Positions 43,012 through 58,148 are shown, counted from the first letter of the stretch. The stretch: DNA of 64,000 nt from the human T2T-CHM13v2.0 reference genome, Homo sapiens (GCF_009914755.1 NC_060932.1); one strand, 5' to 3'. Notes: generated by a model not told the origin, from the letters alone. Program-made: numbers and translations.

Positions 43012-45410
43012 CTAAAATTTCATCTTTCCTTTATTTATGAAGTTAAGTTTCACTGGATACAAAATTCTTCACTGATAATTGTTTTGTTTGAAGAGGCTGA
43101 AGATAGGGCTCCAATCCCTTCTGGCTTGTGCGGTTTCTGCTTAGAAATCTGCGTTAATATGATTGGTTTTTCTTTCTAGGTTACCTGATGCTTTTGCCTC
43201 ACAGCTCTTAAAATTATTTCCTTTGTCTTGACTTTAGATACACTAATGACTATGTGCCTAGGTGATTATCTTTTTGTGATGAATTTCTCAGGTGTTTTTT
43301 GAGCTTCTTATATTTAGATGTCTAGATCTCTAGCAAAGTCAGGGAAGTTTTCCTTGACTATTCCCTCAAATATGTTTTCCACACCTTCAGATTTCTCTTC
43401 TTCCTCAGAAATACCAATTATTCTTAGGTTTGGTTAGTTAACATAATCCCAAACTTCTTGGATGCTTTGTTCCTTTAAAAAGTTTTTCTTTTCTTTGTCT
43501 TCGCTGGATTGGGTTAATTCAAAAACCTTTCTTTCTTTCTTTCTTTCTTTTTTTTTTTTGAGCTCTGAAGTTCTTTATTCTACTTGTTCAATTCTATTGC
43601 TGAGACTCTCCAGTGCATTTTGCATTTCTCTGAGTGTGTCCTTTATTTCCAGAAGTTGTGATTGTGTTTTATTTACATTATTTATTTCTCTGGAGATTTT
43701 TCTTTCATATCCTGTAACATTTTTTAAATGTCTTTAAGTTGGCATTCACCTTTCTTTGGTGCCTCGTTAAGTACCTTAATAATACACCTTCTGAATTCTT
43801 TTTCTGGTGATTCAGCGATTTCTTCTTGGATCCATTGCTGGTGAACGAGTGCGATCTTTTGGGAGTGTTAAAGAAACTTGTTTTGTTATATTACCAGAAT
43901 TCTTTTTCTGGTTCCTTCTTGTTTGGGTACACTATATTAGAGGGAAGATCTGGGGCTCAGTAGCTGCTGTTCAGATTGTTTTGTCCCATGGTGTGACTCC
44001 TTCATGTGGTGCTCTCCCCCTTTCCCTAGGAATGGGACTTCCTGAGAGCTGAACTGCAGTGATTGTTATTTCTCTCCTGGATCTAGGCTCCCAGCAGAGC
44101 CTCCTGGGCTCAAGGATGGTACTGAGGAGTGTCTGCAAAGGGTTCCGTGATGTGATTGGTCTTCAGGTCTCTCAGCCATGGATACCAGCACCAGCCCTGG
44201 TGGACGTAGCAAGGGAGTGAAGTGGACTCTGTGAAAGACCTTGGTTTTATTTTTGTTTAGTTTTCTGGTTTTGTGTTTGTTGGCCTCCAGCCAGGAGGTA
44301 GAGCTTTCAAGACAGCATCAGCAACAGTAGTATAGGAAGGATATAGGCTTGCCCTAGGGTCACCTGGATAAGTTTCTCAGGTAGTGGGCAGGATCATAGA
44401 GCTCCCAGAGGATTACGTCCTTTGTCTTTGCCTACCAGGGTGGGTAGAGAAAGACCTTCAGATAGGGAGCGGATTAAGTGTGCCTGAGGTCAAACTCTCC
44501 TTGGGCAAGTCTTGCTGTGGTTACTGTGGGGGTTGCTGGTGTGGATTTCAGGCCAATGGAGTTATGTTCCAAGGCAGATTATGGCTACCTCTGCTGCAGC
44601 ATACAAGTTGCCAAGGAAGTGGGCAAAAGCCAGCAGTGACAGGCCTCACTCAGCTCCCACGCAGCACCAAAGCCCCGACTCACTCTCACCATGTCACCGT
44701 GCCCACGCAACAGCACCAAGTTTATTTCCAGGCAGCCACTAAGCAGGGCTGAGAACTTGCCCCAGGCTACCAGCTTCCTCACTGAGAAAGCAAGCAGGGC
44801 TCTCAAGTTTCACACCTCCCCACCTGCCAATGGCTTCTGTGCTGTGTCTGCATTCCTGGTTCACTCTCTCCCCCAGATTCTGTCCAGGAAAACTTCGCAT
44901 TCAGTCAAAATTGTTACAAAGTTCAGCTGGAAGTTTCCTTCTCCCTGTAGTCTTTCCCTAATTTGACTGGCGAGACACAGGACCCCAGTGAGACAAAGTC
45001 TTAAGTGGCTTCCCTGGGGACTGAGAGTTCCCACAGGGCTTCTCTCAATGCTTCCTCTAGCCCTATATTTTCCTCAGCTCTCTAAATTCATCTCAGCTCC
45101 AGGTAAGGTCAAATTCTCCCATGATCTGGACCTTCAGGTTCCCCAGTGAGGATGTGTGTTTGGAGGTGGACATCCCTCTTCCACCCATTGGGCACTCACA
45201 GTTTTTTGGCTTTCTCACAGAACCTATAGCCTCAATCTGCTTCCACCAAAGGGTCTGTGGATTCTCTTGGCTTTTTGTTGTGTTCCTGCAGTAGACCTTG
45301 GAGCAAAAGTTCATGATATGAGTTTCCATCAAAAGTTCATGATGTGAGCTCCTGAGTGGGACCCACAAGTTAGTTGTGCCTGCTGTCTGCCATTTTTTCC
45401 TGCCAACCTC
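43012..45410 (-). mobile_element. L1PB-type 5' portion only (5'UTR plus part of ORF1); ORF2 and 3' end absent
   Basis: Colinear with about 19150-21330 of the other L1PB copy and extends to a typical L1 5' terminus (ctgtctgccattttttcctgccaacctc). Confidence 0.9.
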
Positions 45411-46077
45411 TCAAAATTGCCCTTGTTTGATGATAGGAATGAGCAGAAGCATTGTCATGGTGGAGAAGGACCCTGGTGAAGCTTTCCTGAATGTTTCTCT
45501 GCTAAAGCTTTGACTAACTTTCTCATATCACTTTTACAATAAGCAGATACTATTGTTCTTTGGCTCTCCAGAAAGTCAATAAGCAAAATGACTTGAACAC
45601 CCTGAAAAACTGTTGCCATGACTTTTACTCTTGACTGGTCCACTTTGGCTTTCACTGGACCACTTCTACCTCTTGTTAGCCATTGTTCTGATTGTGCTTT
45701 GTCTTTAGAATCACACTGGTAAAGCCATATTTTATCTCCTGTGGCAATTCTTCAAGAAAATGCTTCAGGATCTTGATCACACTTGTTTAAAATTTCCAAT
45801 AAAAGCCCTGCTCTTGTCTGCAGCTGATCTGAGTGCAATGGTTTTGGCACCCATCAAGTGGAAAATATCCTCAACTTTATTTTTTTAGTCAGAATTGTGT
45901 AAGCAGAACCAGTTGAGAAATCTATGGTGTTGGCTATAGTATGTGCTGTTAATCATCAACCCCCTTCAATTAGGGCACAAACAAGATAATTTTTTTTCCT
46001 TACAAATTGATGTGAATGATCTGCTGGTATGAGCTTCATCATCAACACTGTCTTGTCTCTTCTTAAAATGAGTTATC

Positions 46078-47465
<1,388 letters not shown>

Positions 47466-49397
47466 AAAAAGAATTATCTATTTGTAAACTGTGGATTTCT
47501 TTGGAGCATTGTCCTCATAAACTTTTTGTATAGCATTAATGATTTCAGCATTCTTCCACCCAAGCTTCACTGCAAATTTGTTGTTTGTTCTTGTGTTTAT
47601 TTTACCAGAATTTATGTTGCTCTGATAGGGGCTCTTTTCAAACTGATGTCTTAACATTCTCATTGCTTCAAACTAGAGCCTGTTCAGACATATTACAACA
47701 AGTTAGTATGAGTTTATTTTGGTGCAAAAAAATTGAAATCCATGCATAGGTTTTTTTTTAAAATAATAGCATTTTCCATGAACTTTTTAAAGATCCCTCT
47801 ACCTGTTAAATGGATGGATAAGGCTTCATTGCTCCCTGAAGTGATCGTATCTAAGGAAGTAAGCCCCAAAATGAAAATAAAAGGCTCGATAACCTTTAGC
47901 TCTGACTCTTGTCTATAATTAATGGTAAAGAATTGAAAAATTCTAGCAATACCTAGTTGTAAAGATAAGAAAGAGGAGATCAAAATGATCAGTGGCCACT
48001 CCTCAATCTGTAGGCTGCTCTTTATAGCCAACATCAGTGGCAAAAGTCCAAATGATTATGACTTGCTCATAAATTGCAGGATAAATTTTTTTAGAAAGCA
48101 ACAGGACATGACAGACACTCCTAATGAAAACGTAAATACCTTTTAAGCCTATCTGTAAGAGATGCTTTTAATGTAGAAAAATATCATATAATTTTTGATA
48201 TATTTGAACTAATTCTAAGCCTTTGTATTACAAGCTCCAAACACTTAAACCTATCAATCACTCTATTTGCTCTTTATTATATAGATCCATAGTGCTCTAT
48301 GAAATATTTAGTGTTTCAGGAAAAAGAAAACAATTAGAAAAATAAGACATTTGCCCTAACTATTCTAATTTATATTCTGAGACGAAAAAATATTTCAGAA
48401 GAAGTTCAATTGGCATGAATTCTACTATATAAATATAAGATCAAAGCACACTCTGTAAAATTGAACAAAATCTGGTTTCTTAAGTATATATGGGCTTCTC
48501 TTTAAGGTCACGTTTTCACTTACAGATGGGCTGACTTGTGATGGAAACAAAAGTGAAAAGACAAAGAAAGTAGATGGCTATATAAAAATGAATGCAATAA
48601 CTTTTTGAGCTGCAACTAAGGAGAAAGGCAAAAAAATGATTATTGTTAGAAGTTAGGAGTCCATTTCTAGAAATAGAAAGCATTACATTTAAATTAGACA
48701 CATACCCAAAAAAAGGAGATTATTAAAAGAGCAAAGAATAATAATAGAGAGACTAGCTCCTTGACTAATGAGAAATTGTATAGTGGTATACTGTAAAGAA
48801 GTGAATATTGTTTTTTTTTTAGAACATAAGCTGATTCTAATATAGCAACCACACTTACTATGAATAAAATGTGTGCAGGCATATGCACATACATAGTTAA
48901 TGAACAACATTTCAAATAATTCTGGGTATCTTTTTTAATTGAAATATTTGGAGAATATGAGAGCAAGTTTGGAATTCACACTAATGAAATGAAAGAGCTC
49001 AAACATTTAATGTTTACTTAAATATATTTTAGGGAAAAGGTAGATACCATGGAATACATTTCTTTTAAGTCATAACTCTGTGAATATATAAGGTATACCT
49101 CACACATGGTTATCAGGTGCTTTTTCTTTTTCTCCTTGTCCACCCTTAAAGCCACCATTTAATGTTCTTACTACCTTGACTCCTAAACTTTATGAAAAAA
49201 AAAAAAAACACCAAATCTTCTCCTCTTAGTTTCTTTATGTCCTTGTAATCCAGTTTTTTACTCCCAGAACTCTCTTGGAATTGCATTTTGTAAGGTTGTC
49301 TATTGCCCCAATAATAAGAAAATTTAGTAGTCTTTTTTAGGAGACTTTGAGTCTATGACGTTACAGACTTACCTGAAATTCTCTTTTCTATTGTCCT

Positions 49398-50038
49398 TGA
49401 AGTTCTGAACACTGCACTCCAATATATGCCATTCTGGCATATTGATTGTTTTGAGTTAAAGAGGAAGTGGGAAGGGGGAGAGGGAGAAAGAAAAAAAAAG
49501 AATGAGTGAGAGAGAAGAAAGAGAGAGAAAGAAGGACGGAAGGAAGGAAGGAAGGAAGGAAGGAAGGAAGGAAGGAAGGAAGGAAGGAAGGCAGGCAAGC
49601 AAGCAAGCACACTCCAACCTTCCTAAAAGCAGGAGATAAAACTCCCATGTGGAATGTCTTCTCCCCTCCACTGGAAGAAGGAAGACCTTCTTATCACCAG
49701 AGTTGAAGAGTCGAGGCTGAGAGAAATCTCCACCAACAACCTGTATTAAACTAACCCTTATCTTCCTAGCCACTTCTCTGTAATCAACTACCTCAGCCCA
49801 AGCCCCCTTGCTTTGTTACATTTTCACAATTTACCACTCTTTTTCCAAATAAGTATATAAGTTGTCAACTCTAATTGCAGCTTTGTGTTTTTATTTCCTT
49901 ATGATGGCTCCATGTCAGGTAAAACTGATAATAAATTTGTACGCTTTGCTCTCCTGTTAATTTGCCTTGTGTAAATTTAATTCTCAGGCCCAGCTAAAAA
50001 CTCTAAGAGGGTAAAGGTAAAATTGTGCCTTCCCTACA
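49398..50038 (+). mobile_element. ERV1 solo LTR (MER34/MER39 group) containing an expanded GA-rich tract
   Basis: ccaatatatgccattctggcatattgattgttttgagttaaag at the start; aataaatttgt...cttccctaca at the end. Confidence 0.7.
49459..49606. repeat. Polypurine tract including 13 consecutive GGAA units (49538-49589)
   Basis: Direct reading. Confidence 0.97.
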
Positions 50039-50175
50039 ACCTTAACATGCTGTCTTGTCTCTAGGCTGCCCTCACACCTCCCAAACCCTCCTACTTGGTT
50101 TTATTTTTGGGTTTCTCTGTTTTCTCTTTGCCCTCTTCTTCCTTATTCTACAAACTATTCCTTGATCATCACGTA

Positions 50176-50710
50176 TGTAAAGCAGGAAAAATAATTTTTT
50201 CTCTACCCTTCTGAGTTCTTAGCTGGGACTCTTTTTCACAAAAGGCAGATTAATAAGAAACTTGAAACAAGCAGAATTTTATTAACATGTATATCTTATA
50301 TATATATATATAGGTGATACTCAGGACTAAAAGACTAATTCTTAAATAGGTGGCTTAGAATTCAGGCTTAAATAACGTCTTCAACTGAAAACAAAGAAAG
50401 AAGAGTGTGGGGCAGGCTAGTTATAGGAAACTTATGACAGATAAAAACTAGTTAGTAAAGTTCATTATGTAGATTTCTCTGATGCCCTCTCCAGGATGAC
50501 AAAGGTCTAAAGTAATCTCAGGTAGTTAACTTTAGTTTTTACTGGTAGAGAAGGAAGGAGGGACATCATTGTAAATTTATGTCTTGCTTTTAGGCAAATA
50601 GGAAAAAGACAGAGAGATCTGTATATATCTGCTTCTTCTCAGTTGCCTTCAGCTCAAAAAATCCTCATGCCAAAGTGGAACATTTTGGGGTGGCATATTC
50701 TGCTACCCTG
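50176..50710 (-). mobile_element. ERV1 solo LTR (MER34 group)
   Basis: aaaaggcagattaataaga...cttcagctcaaaaaatcctcatgccaaagtgg..cattttggggtggcatattctg. Confidence 0.7.
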
Positions 50711-50932
50711 GACATATGCTTGCATAAATACAAATGCCATTGTTTATATCTTTTTAACTCTAAAGACAAAAGCAAAGACACCAGTTGTATCAGTTGTCAA
50801 CCTTCTCAACTGTGATGTGCTTAAATCATCACACAGTAGTCTATTTCCAAGAAGTAAAAGAGAAATGGCATTTGAACTACTGACATTATTTTTAAGATTA
50901 ATTCATTGATTTATGGTTTAGCATTAACCCAT

Positions 50933-51302
50933 TGTATTAGTCTGTTCTCACACTGCTAATAAAGACATTCTAGAGACTGGATAATTTATAAAGGAAAGAA
51001 GTTTAATTAACTCACAGTTCAGCATGGCTGGGAAGGCCTCAGGAAACTTACAAACATGGTGGAAGGGGAAGCAAGCTCATCCTTCTTCACAGGAGAGAGA
51101 AGAATGAGAACCAAGCAAAGGGGGAAGCCCCTTCTAAGACCATTAAATCTTGTGAGAACTTACTCACTATCACTAGAATAGCATGGGGAAAACCACCCCT
51201 ATGACTCAATTACCTCCAACAGGTCCCTTCCACCACATGTGAGATTATGGGAACTACAATTCAAGATGAGATTTGGGTGGGGGACACAGCCAAATTATAT
51301 CA
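50933..51302 (-). mobile_element. THE1 (C/D-like) MaLR solo LTR
   Basis: TG...CA bounded THE1 text with perfect TSD CCCAT (50928-50932, 51303-51307). Confidence 0.95.
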
Positions 51303-51530
51303 CCCATGTATTTCAAAACTACACACTTTGATGTGGTAACTAAAAGCTTCAACAATAAAGTGATTTGTGTTTCTTTTTCTGTATAAAACGTTATTTTCTG
51401 TGTGGTGTTTCCTTTGATATACCTTGTATAGAAAACTGAGTTGTCATGTGGTAAGTTTAAAAAAAAATGTTTCTAATCTAGTACTGAAATAGATAGAAAT
51501 CAGACACAAACTTTAGATAAAATGTTACAG

Positions 51531-52404
51531 TGTAGGTGTGGAAAGGGTGTGATACTTTTTTCCCCGTCGAAAGGGTCACAGTCCACACTCCTAAAACAAA
51601 AGAGAGGTTAACAAGAGAAAAGCATTATAGATTTATTCAATCAAAGTTTTACATGTCATGGGAGACTTCAGAAATGAAGACTTAAAGATTCAGGGAAAAC
51701 TGTCTATTTTTATGTTTTGATTTGATGTAGAATGCACAACCATGTAGAAAGAAGAACAGACTCAGGCATGGTGGCTCATGGTCCTAGCAATGGTCCTAGC
51801 TATGCAGGAGTGGGAGGCAGGAGAATTTGCTTGAGTCCAGGAGTTCAAGGATGGAATGAGCTATGTTCTCACCACTGTACTCCAGCCTGGTCAACAGATG
51901 GAGACTATCTCAAAAATAAAAAATAAATATGATTGAACCAAAAAAGTAGGACCTAATGGTAAGAGACTGAATGGGGAAACCCAACAAGACCTGTCTGCTC
52001 AGATTCTTCTTGGCTTCTCTGTGTGGCATTTCTTCTTCCTAGGTATAGGGTAAGACCTTTCTGGAGTAACAGTCTTATGTCTACCTTTAGACAAGGTAAG
52101 TCAGAGAATTTCTTTATTGCTAGCTCTTACACAGAAAGGCAAGTGATAGAGTAATATTTCTAGATTTTATGGCCAGCTGTGGGAGAAAAGGGTTCTGGTT
52201 CGTTCTGGTTCTATGACCTGTCTTAGGGAAGAGGAATACTAATTTCTATGGCCTGCCTTGGGGAGAAAGGAAAGCAGGAGAAAGAAGGGCAGAAGAAGGT
52301 TAGAAAGAGACTTTCCTTCTGAAGTTCTTCCAGTGTCCTTCATGTTCAAAGTACTCAACATGCCAAATCACTATATTTGGGGGTGTCATTTTCAGAGCTC
52401 CCAC
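51531..52404 (-). mobile_element. ERV1 solo LTR (MER39-like), interrupted by an Alu monomer
   Basis: ggttaacaagagaaaagca...cttcagaaatgaagac...aaagtactcaacatgccaaa..ttgggggtgtcattttc. Confidence 0.75.
51760..51926 (+). mobile_element. Old Alu monomer (FRAM/FAM-like)
   Basis: ggcatggtggctcatg...ttgagtccaggagttcaagg...ccactgtactccagcctgg with A tail. Confidence 0.8.
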
Positions 52405-54019
52405 ACAAAAAACTTAAGAAGTTTGAAGTTTAAGTATAATTTAATGTTATTTATATTCTCATTCAAATTTTAATATAGTCATTGTGAGGAATAGTACCAT
52501 TTATAAATATGTTATAGTTCCAACAAATTTAATGATACCTATGCTGAAAGGTTTTATGAGTGTAACAAATATGTATGATTAGTTCATAAATTGACTCTTG
52601 TTTTATTTGTATAATATAAATTTTAGTTAAAGTCATACTGAAGTGAACTCACAGTCTGCAATAGGAAAGGTCGCTGGGTAAGAATGCTTAAGGAATGGAA
52701 ATCGCTATGAATTTTGAGATCATGCTAGTTCATCTCGAACCTGGTGAATTCTATTAAGATGAGAAATAATGTATAGTTCTTCTGTAATGAGCACATCTAA
52801 CTGTAAGAAATTAAATCTGATGACCAAAAAAGGGAGCAATCAGTGTGCATCTCTGATGTTTGTGTGCAGGTAAATTGCCTTGCGTTAAACTGAATTTGGT
52901 AGCTGAAGCAATTATTTCTCTATAATATTTTCCCTTCAAAGAGTAACTGCAAATGATACAGGTAGCAAACCAACAACCAAAAAAATGACCTAAACGTTTT
53001 ATTATCAATAAAGTGCTACAACTGTGAAGGTAACTGAATAGAAAACCAACAATCAAAAGGAAAAAGGCATAACATGTTTTATTATTGATATAATTTGAGG
53101 CATACTTATAATGATACTTTGAATTCCTTGAATTGAAGAAAATCGAAAACTGCATAGTAACCCTGCCTACTTATATGCACTGGGAATGTTACTACCCTTG
53201 TGATTCACTTACCATATACAGCAGTGTAAAAGGAGGGTTTCCCTACTGTCCTTTTCAGAGAGCTCCACCCTGATTACTTTCAGTGCCACCCATGTGTAAG
53301 TTCAAGGCTTTCCATTTCCCACTAGCTTCCTCTAAGTTTTCAGAGTTCCAACCTCAATTTCAGGCATTTAGGTGTCTCCTTGGCAACTGAAGTGGACACT
53401 GTCCTCAAAGGAACCTTGGAATGCACTGACGTGTGTCAGTTGTGCTGCATAGTCTGCGGGCAGCCTCTGCACCTCTCAGCAAAAGTCACGTACGGACCCT
53501 GCTCCAACATGGCCCCCTGGCACTAAGACAGAGCTCACTGTTGGAGGGAGTGGAGGCTGGAAAATAAACAAAAGCTGACTCTGCTCCTGCATCCCCAGCT
53601 ACCCTGCAGAGCAGTGTCCTTGCCCGGGGACTGCTTTGGCCTCTCTCCATCACCACTACTTCTTCTACCCAATCTACATGGGTGGTTGCAGTCTTTGGAT
53701 TATTTGGAAGTCAAGGTCCTGGTCCCTAATCTGTTCTTTTCAATCTATTGTTTATGACCACAACATTATGATCTTAGCCCTTCATACATTAACACCCCAG
53801 AAATACTAAAGGGCATCTCTTAAGGATCAAAAACCAGGCTATTTTTTCCATTAAGAGCTCTGAAAGTGTATTTTGATATACATAAAAGTTAAGGTTTGTC
53901 TTCTTTGTTCTTGTGATTGACTGTGGTGCCATTTTCTTGAAACAACTGAGGAGGAAGGACCTGGCTGTCTTCAGAGTATAAGGAATGATCAGGGCTTTGG
54001 AGGGGGAAGACAGCAAGTA

Positions 54020-54735
54020 ATGTGAGAGAGTGCCGCATTATAGCTAAAAGTAAACACTGCACAGGATTACATCCCAGCTCCACCACTAACTAGCTATGCT
54101 ACCATGGACAAATTAAATTACCTCACTGTGACTTACTTTTCTCACCAATATTAGTTTCTCATGACTGCTTTAACAAATCATCACAAAATTGATAGCTTAA
54201 ACCTCAGAAATTTATTCTCTCACTGTTCTGAAGGCCAGAAGTCTGAAATCAGCTTCACTGAGCTGAATTCAAGGTCTTGGCAGGGCCAAACTCTCTCTGA
54301 AGCTTTAGAGGAGAATTCTTCCTGGCGTCTTCCCACTTTTGGTGGCTGGCAGCAATCCTTGCTGGCTGCCACATCCCAGTCTCTGCTTCTATGGTCACAT
54401 TGCCTTTGCCTCTTCTACCTTGTGTCTAATCTCTCTCTGCCTCCCTCTTATAAGAATATACACGATTGCATTTAGGGTCCACTCAGATAGTCCATGATCA
54501 TCTCCCCATCTCATGATCCTAATTTAATCACATCTGCTCAGTCCTTTATTGCCTTATAAGGTAAAATTCACAGGTTCCAAGGATTAGAAGCTAAGTATCA
54601 TTGGTGGAGACAATTATTCAGCCTGCTATAAATTAGCTTGATCATTAAAGTGCCTACATGAACATTCAAGAATATAATATGTGAAATTCACTTAGAACAA
54701 CATCTACCATGCCATAAAAGCATTCAACAATATTT
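54020..54735 (+). mobile_element. MIR split by an MLT1 LTR (halves about 54020-54147 and 54630-54735)
   Basis: atcccagctccaccactaactagct...ttttctcacc, resuming as ...ataatgtgaaattcacttagaacaa. Confidence 0.6.
54148..54630 (-). mobile_element. MLT1 (B/C-like) MaLR solo LTR
   Basis: cagaaatttattctctcactgttctgaaggccagaagtctgaaatc...attcacaggttccaaggattag. Confidence 0.85.
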
Positions 54736-55097
54736 ATCCTATGATAGTGATATTCATGATGTTGCAGCAACAAGAAAATGCAGACAAAAGTTTCAAGGTA
54801 GAAATTATTTTTAAATAAATGTATATGGAAGATCTCATGTCTGGATTTTTTAAATATATGTTGCCCTTAAAATGTTAATAGTAATCAAAGGATTATCTCC
54901 CCATTGAATAACTATAACCCAATAGTTTAGGCATATAATACATGCAGCCACTTGGGGCTTTGTCTTTTGTTACCTTTCACTTGAAATTGAAATCACTGTA
55001 GCAATTTCATCTACCCTGAATTCTTCCTAAGGTCAAAGTCAAAGACGTGATGTAATACAATTTCCTCATTTTGCTCTTTTGTCTCCTACCCACCTAG

Positions 55098-55385
<288 letters not shown>

Positions 55386-56199
55386 TAAGCACACAGAGAA
55401 CATCCAACAGAAATAGAAGCAATTATGGTACCACTAGTTATACCTGATGGCAGGTTACACCTTTTTTCTCTTGGTATCTAGACATTTTGTATTTAGAAGC
55501 AGTTAGTGACTATCATTTCTAACTTAAGATACAGTCCACACTATTCAATGAAACAGTATCACCATCCACCAGAAGTGGTCCCTTTTCACTTAACTACCTC
55601 AGGCTCTTCTACTAATGCATTCTTCGACTAATGCACCTCAGTTCCAGAGAAAGAAGGATGGAAACACCCACAGCCAATGGCTTGCTTGGTCTAATAAACC
55701 TGACATTTCATTTATTCCTTAAAAAACAAATCCCACTGGAGACTCTTCGCATTTTAGTGCCTAAAATCTGGCATCAGAATACAATTCCATATACAGAAAC
55801 GAGAAGGAAATGATGTGATTAGTCCACAGAAGGTTAATGTGCCAGGGATTCCTTAAAAGTAATTTTATTCCACCAGACTGCCCCACTCACAGTTTGACCA
55901 CAATGAAGAGTGGAATTAATTTAAGGATGTATAACATCATCAAGAACAATGTTCCTTTCAGACCCGAAAAGGACTTATCATTTAGTTTGAGTCAATATCC
56001 AATAAAGCCATTCTCAACCCACTCTTCACATAAACCAACCATCTCAGTTCTGTTCAACTGAGCTTAGCTTAGTAGGAATAAGAGACACAGACTCAATAGT
56101 AAATAAATAGATAACACAAATATGAGTGGTTATGTCAATGAAGAAGGTACCTTGGAATTAATTCTAGAAAATCTTTAAGAAATCCTTGCTATCACTTAC

Positions 56200-56742
56200 T
56201 GTATTCATTATCTACTACTATGTAAAAAACCACTCCAAAATGCAATTGCTTAAAACAATATTAATTTATTGCTTAGAGTTCTGTGCATTAGGAATTTGGG
56301 CACATCTCAGCCAGGTAGTTCTTCTGCTTTATGTGGTATTAGATAAGGTCACCCATATAAACTCCACACAATATTGGCTAGGGTCACTGATGTGAGCCTG
56401 TCAATCTTGAGCTTTGCTGGGACTGGAATGTCCAAAGAGGCCTCACTCACATCTCTGGTGCTGGCTGTTGGCCCCATTCTCCTGCACATGCACATGGCTT
56501 CTCTTTCTGGGGGAAAAAAAAAATTGACCGATTCTCAGGCAACAAGGTAGCTGAATAATAAAAGGTGAAGTCAACACGCAAGCATTTGTCAAGCCTCTAC
56601 GTGAGTAATGCTTGCTATTGCTTCGTTGGCTACAGCAAATCTATGACTCAGCCTGTAGTTAATGTGAGAGGGGGCTATCAAAAGGTGAGAAGACAAGGAG
56701 GCATGGCTCTTCTAGGGCCACCAGTGTAGTGATCTTACCTCA
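56200..56742 (-). mobile_element. MLT1 (H/J-like) MaLR solo LTR
   Basis: aaaccactccaaaat..ttgcttaaaacaat...ggaatttgggca..tctcagc...gggccaccagtgta. Confidence 0.7.
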
Positions 56743-57835
56743 TTTACTCAATCTACTATTTACTATTCTTGAATTTGCATGTCTCAAGTTTTAAAATGAT
56801 GTTTCAGAGCACATTTGAATTACAATCTTCTAGAAAGACTAAAGATCTGAATAAAACAAAAATCAAAGATCTTTTAGAGTTCTAGTTCAAAGAAAGGCAA
56901 ATTTGATACTGAACTCAAAGAAAGGGATTGCACCTTGATGGGAAGGAATTTCTTTTCAGACATGCAACAGGGAATCTGATCATTCTAGGTTTCTACAATC
57001 ATATTTACAGGTATAAATATAATATACAGTCACTTGCCAATATATGCTTATCAGTCTTTTCTTATTCTCTGATCCTTTGTTAATGTAGCCATTACATACA
57101 AAATTGTGGCAAAATATATATGTTTAAATTTTTGTCTTGAAAAAATGTGGAGACAAATTTTCTTTTAAAAATGTGTAGGCTATTTTAAGTTATAAAAGAA
57201 CTCTATTATCCTATACTAGATACTAACAGTTTTTATTAATCATCTTGAACAATGAAAATGTTTTTCTAAAATCTTTCATATGTGGACAGATTACTCTCCT
57301 TTAAAAAATTATCGTAGCAAATTGCTAAACCATTTTGTGGAATGATAGCATGGCCAGACCTTTACAATGCAGCAGGACGCTTGGAATCCAAAAGTCATTT
57401 CCCCATAGTAACTCCAATTCAAATGAACAGCAAGTATTTATTTGATAAGGAGCTGGAGTGTCACATAAAAACATTCCCTAAAGGACAATCTAAATAAACT
57501 GTATGTGTTGCCACCTAAAAGTACTTTTCCCTTATAAATGAATTTCTCCACGTGTTATTTTAGTAAACATTCAAAGCTACCACCCTGCACATATAGCTCT
57601 ATACTCTTCAGCCTTTGAGAAATAAAAGATTAGTTGCTGCTCACTGACTTTTCTTGGAACACACCTGCAGGACAAGATTTTTAATATTTTATCTTTTTAT
57701 ATTAAAGTAAAATATATCAAGAAATTGTTTCACAACTATCCAATTATGTATTAGTGGTGTGACTGATTTTTGTATGGGTTTCTTGTGTTTGTCACTTATT
57801 TTATATGATTATGTATACTTATTAGAATTGTGCTT

Positions 57836-58148
<313 letters not shown>

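Noticed and set aside
49353-49773. Repetitive LPSF/EGRK ORFs
   Set aside because: Translation of the GGAA microsatellite.
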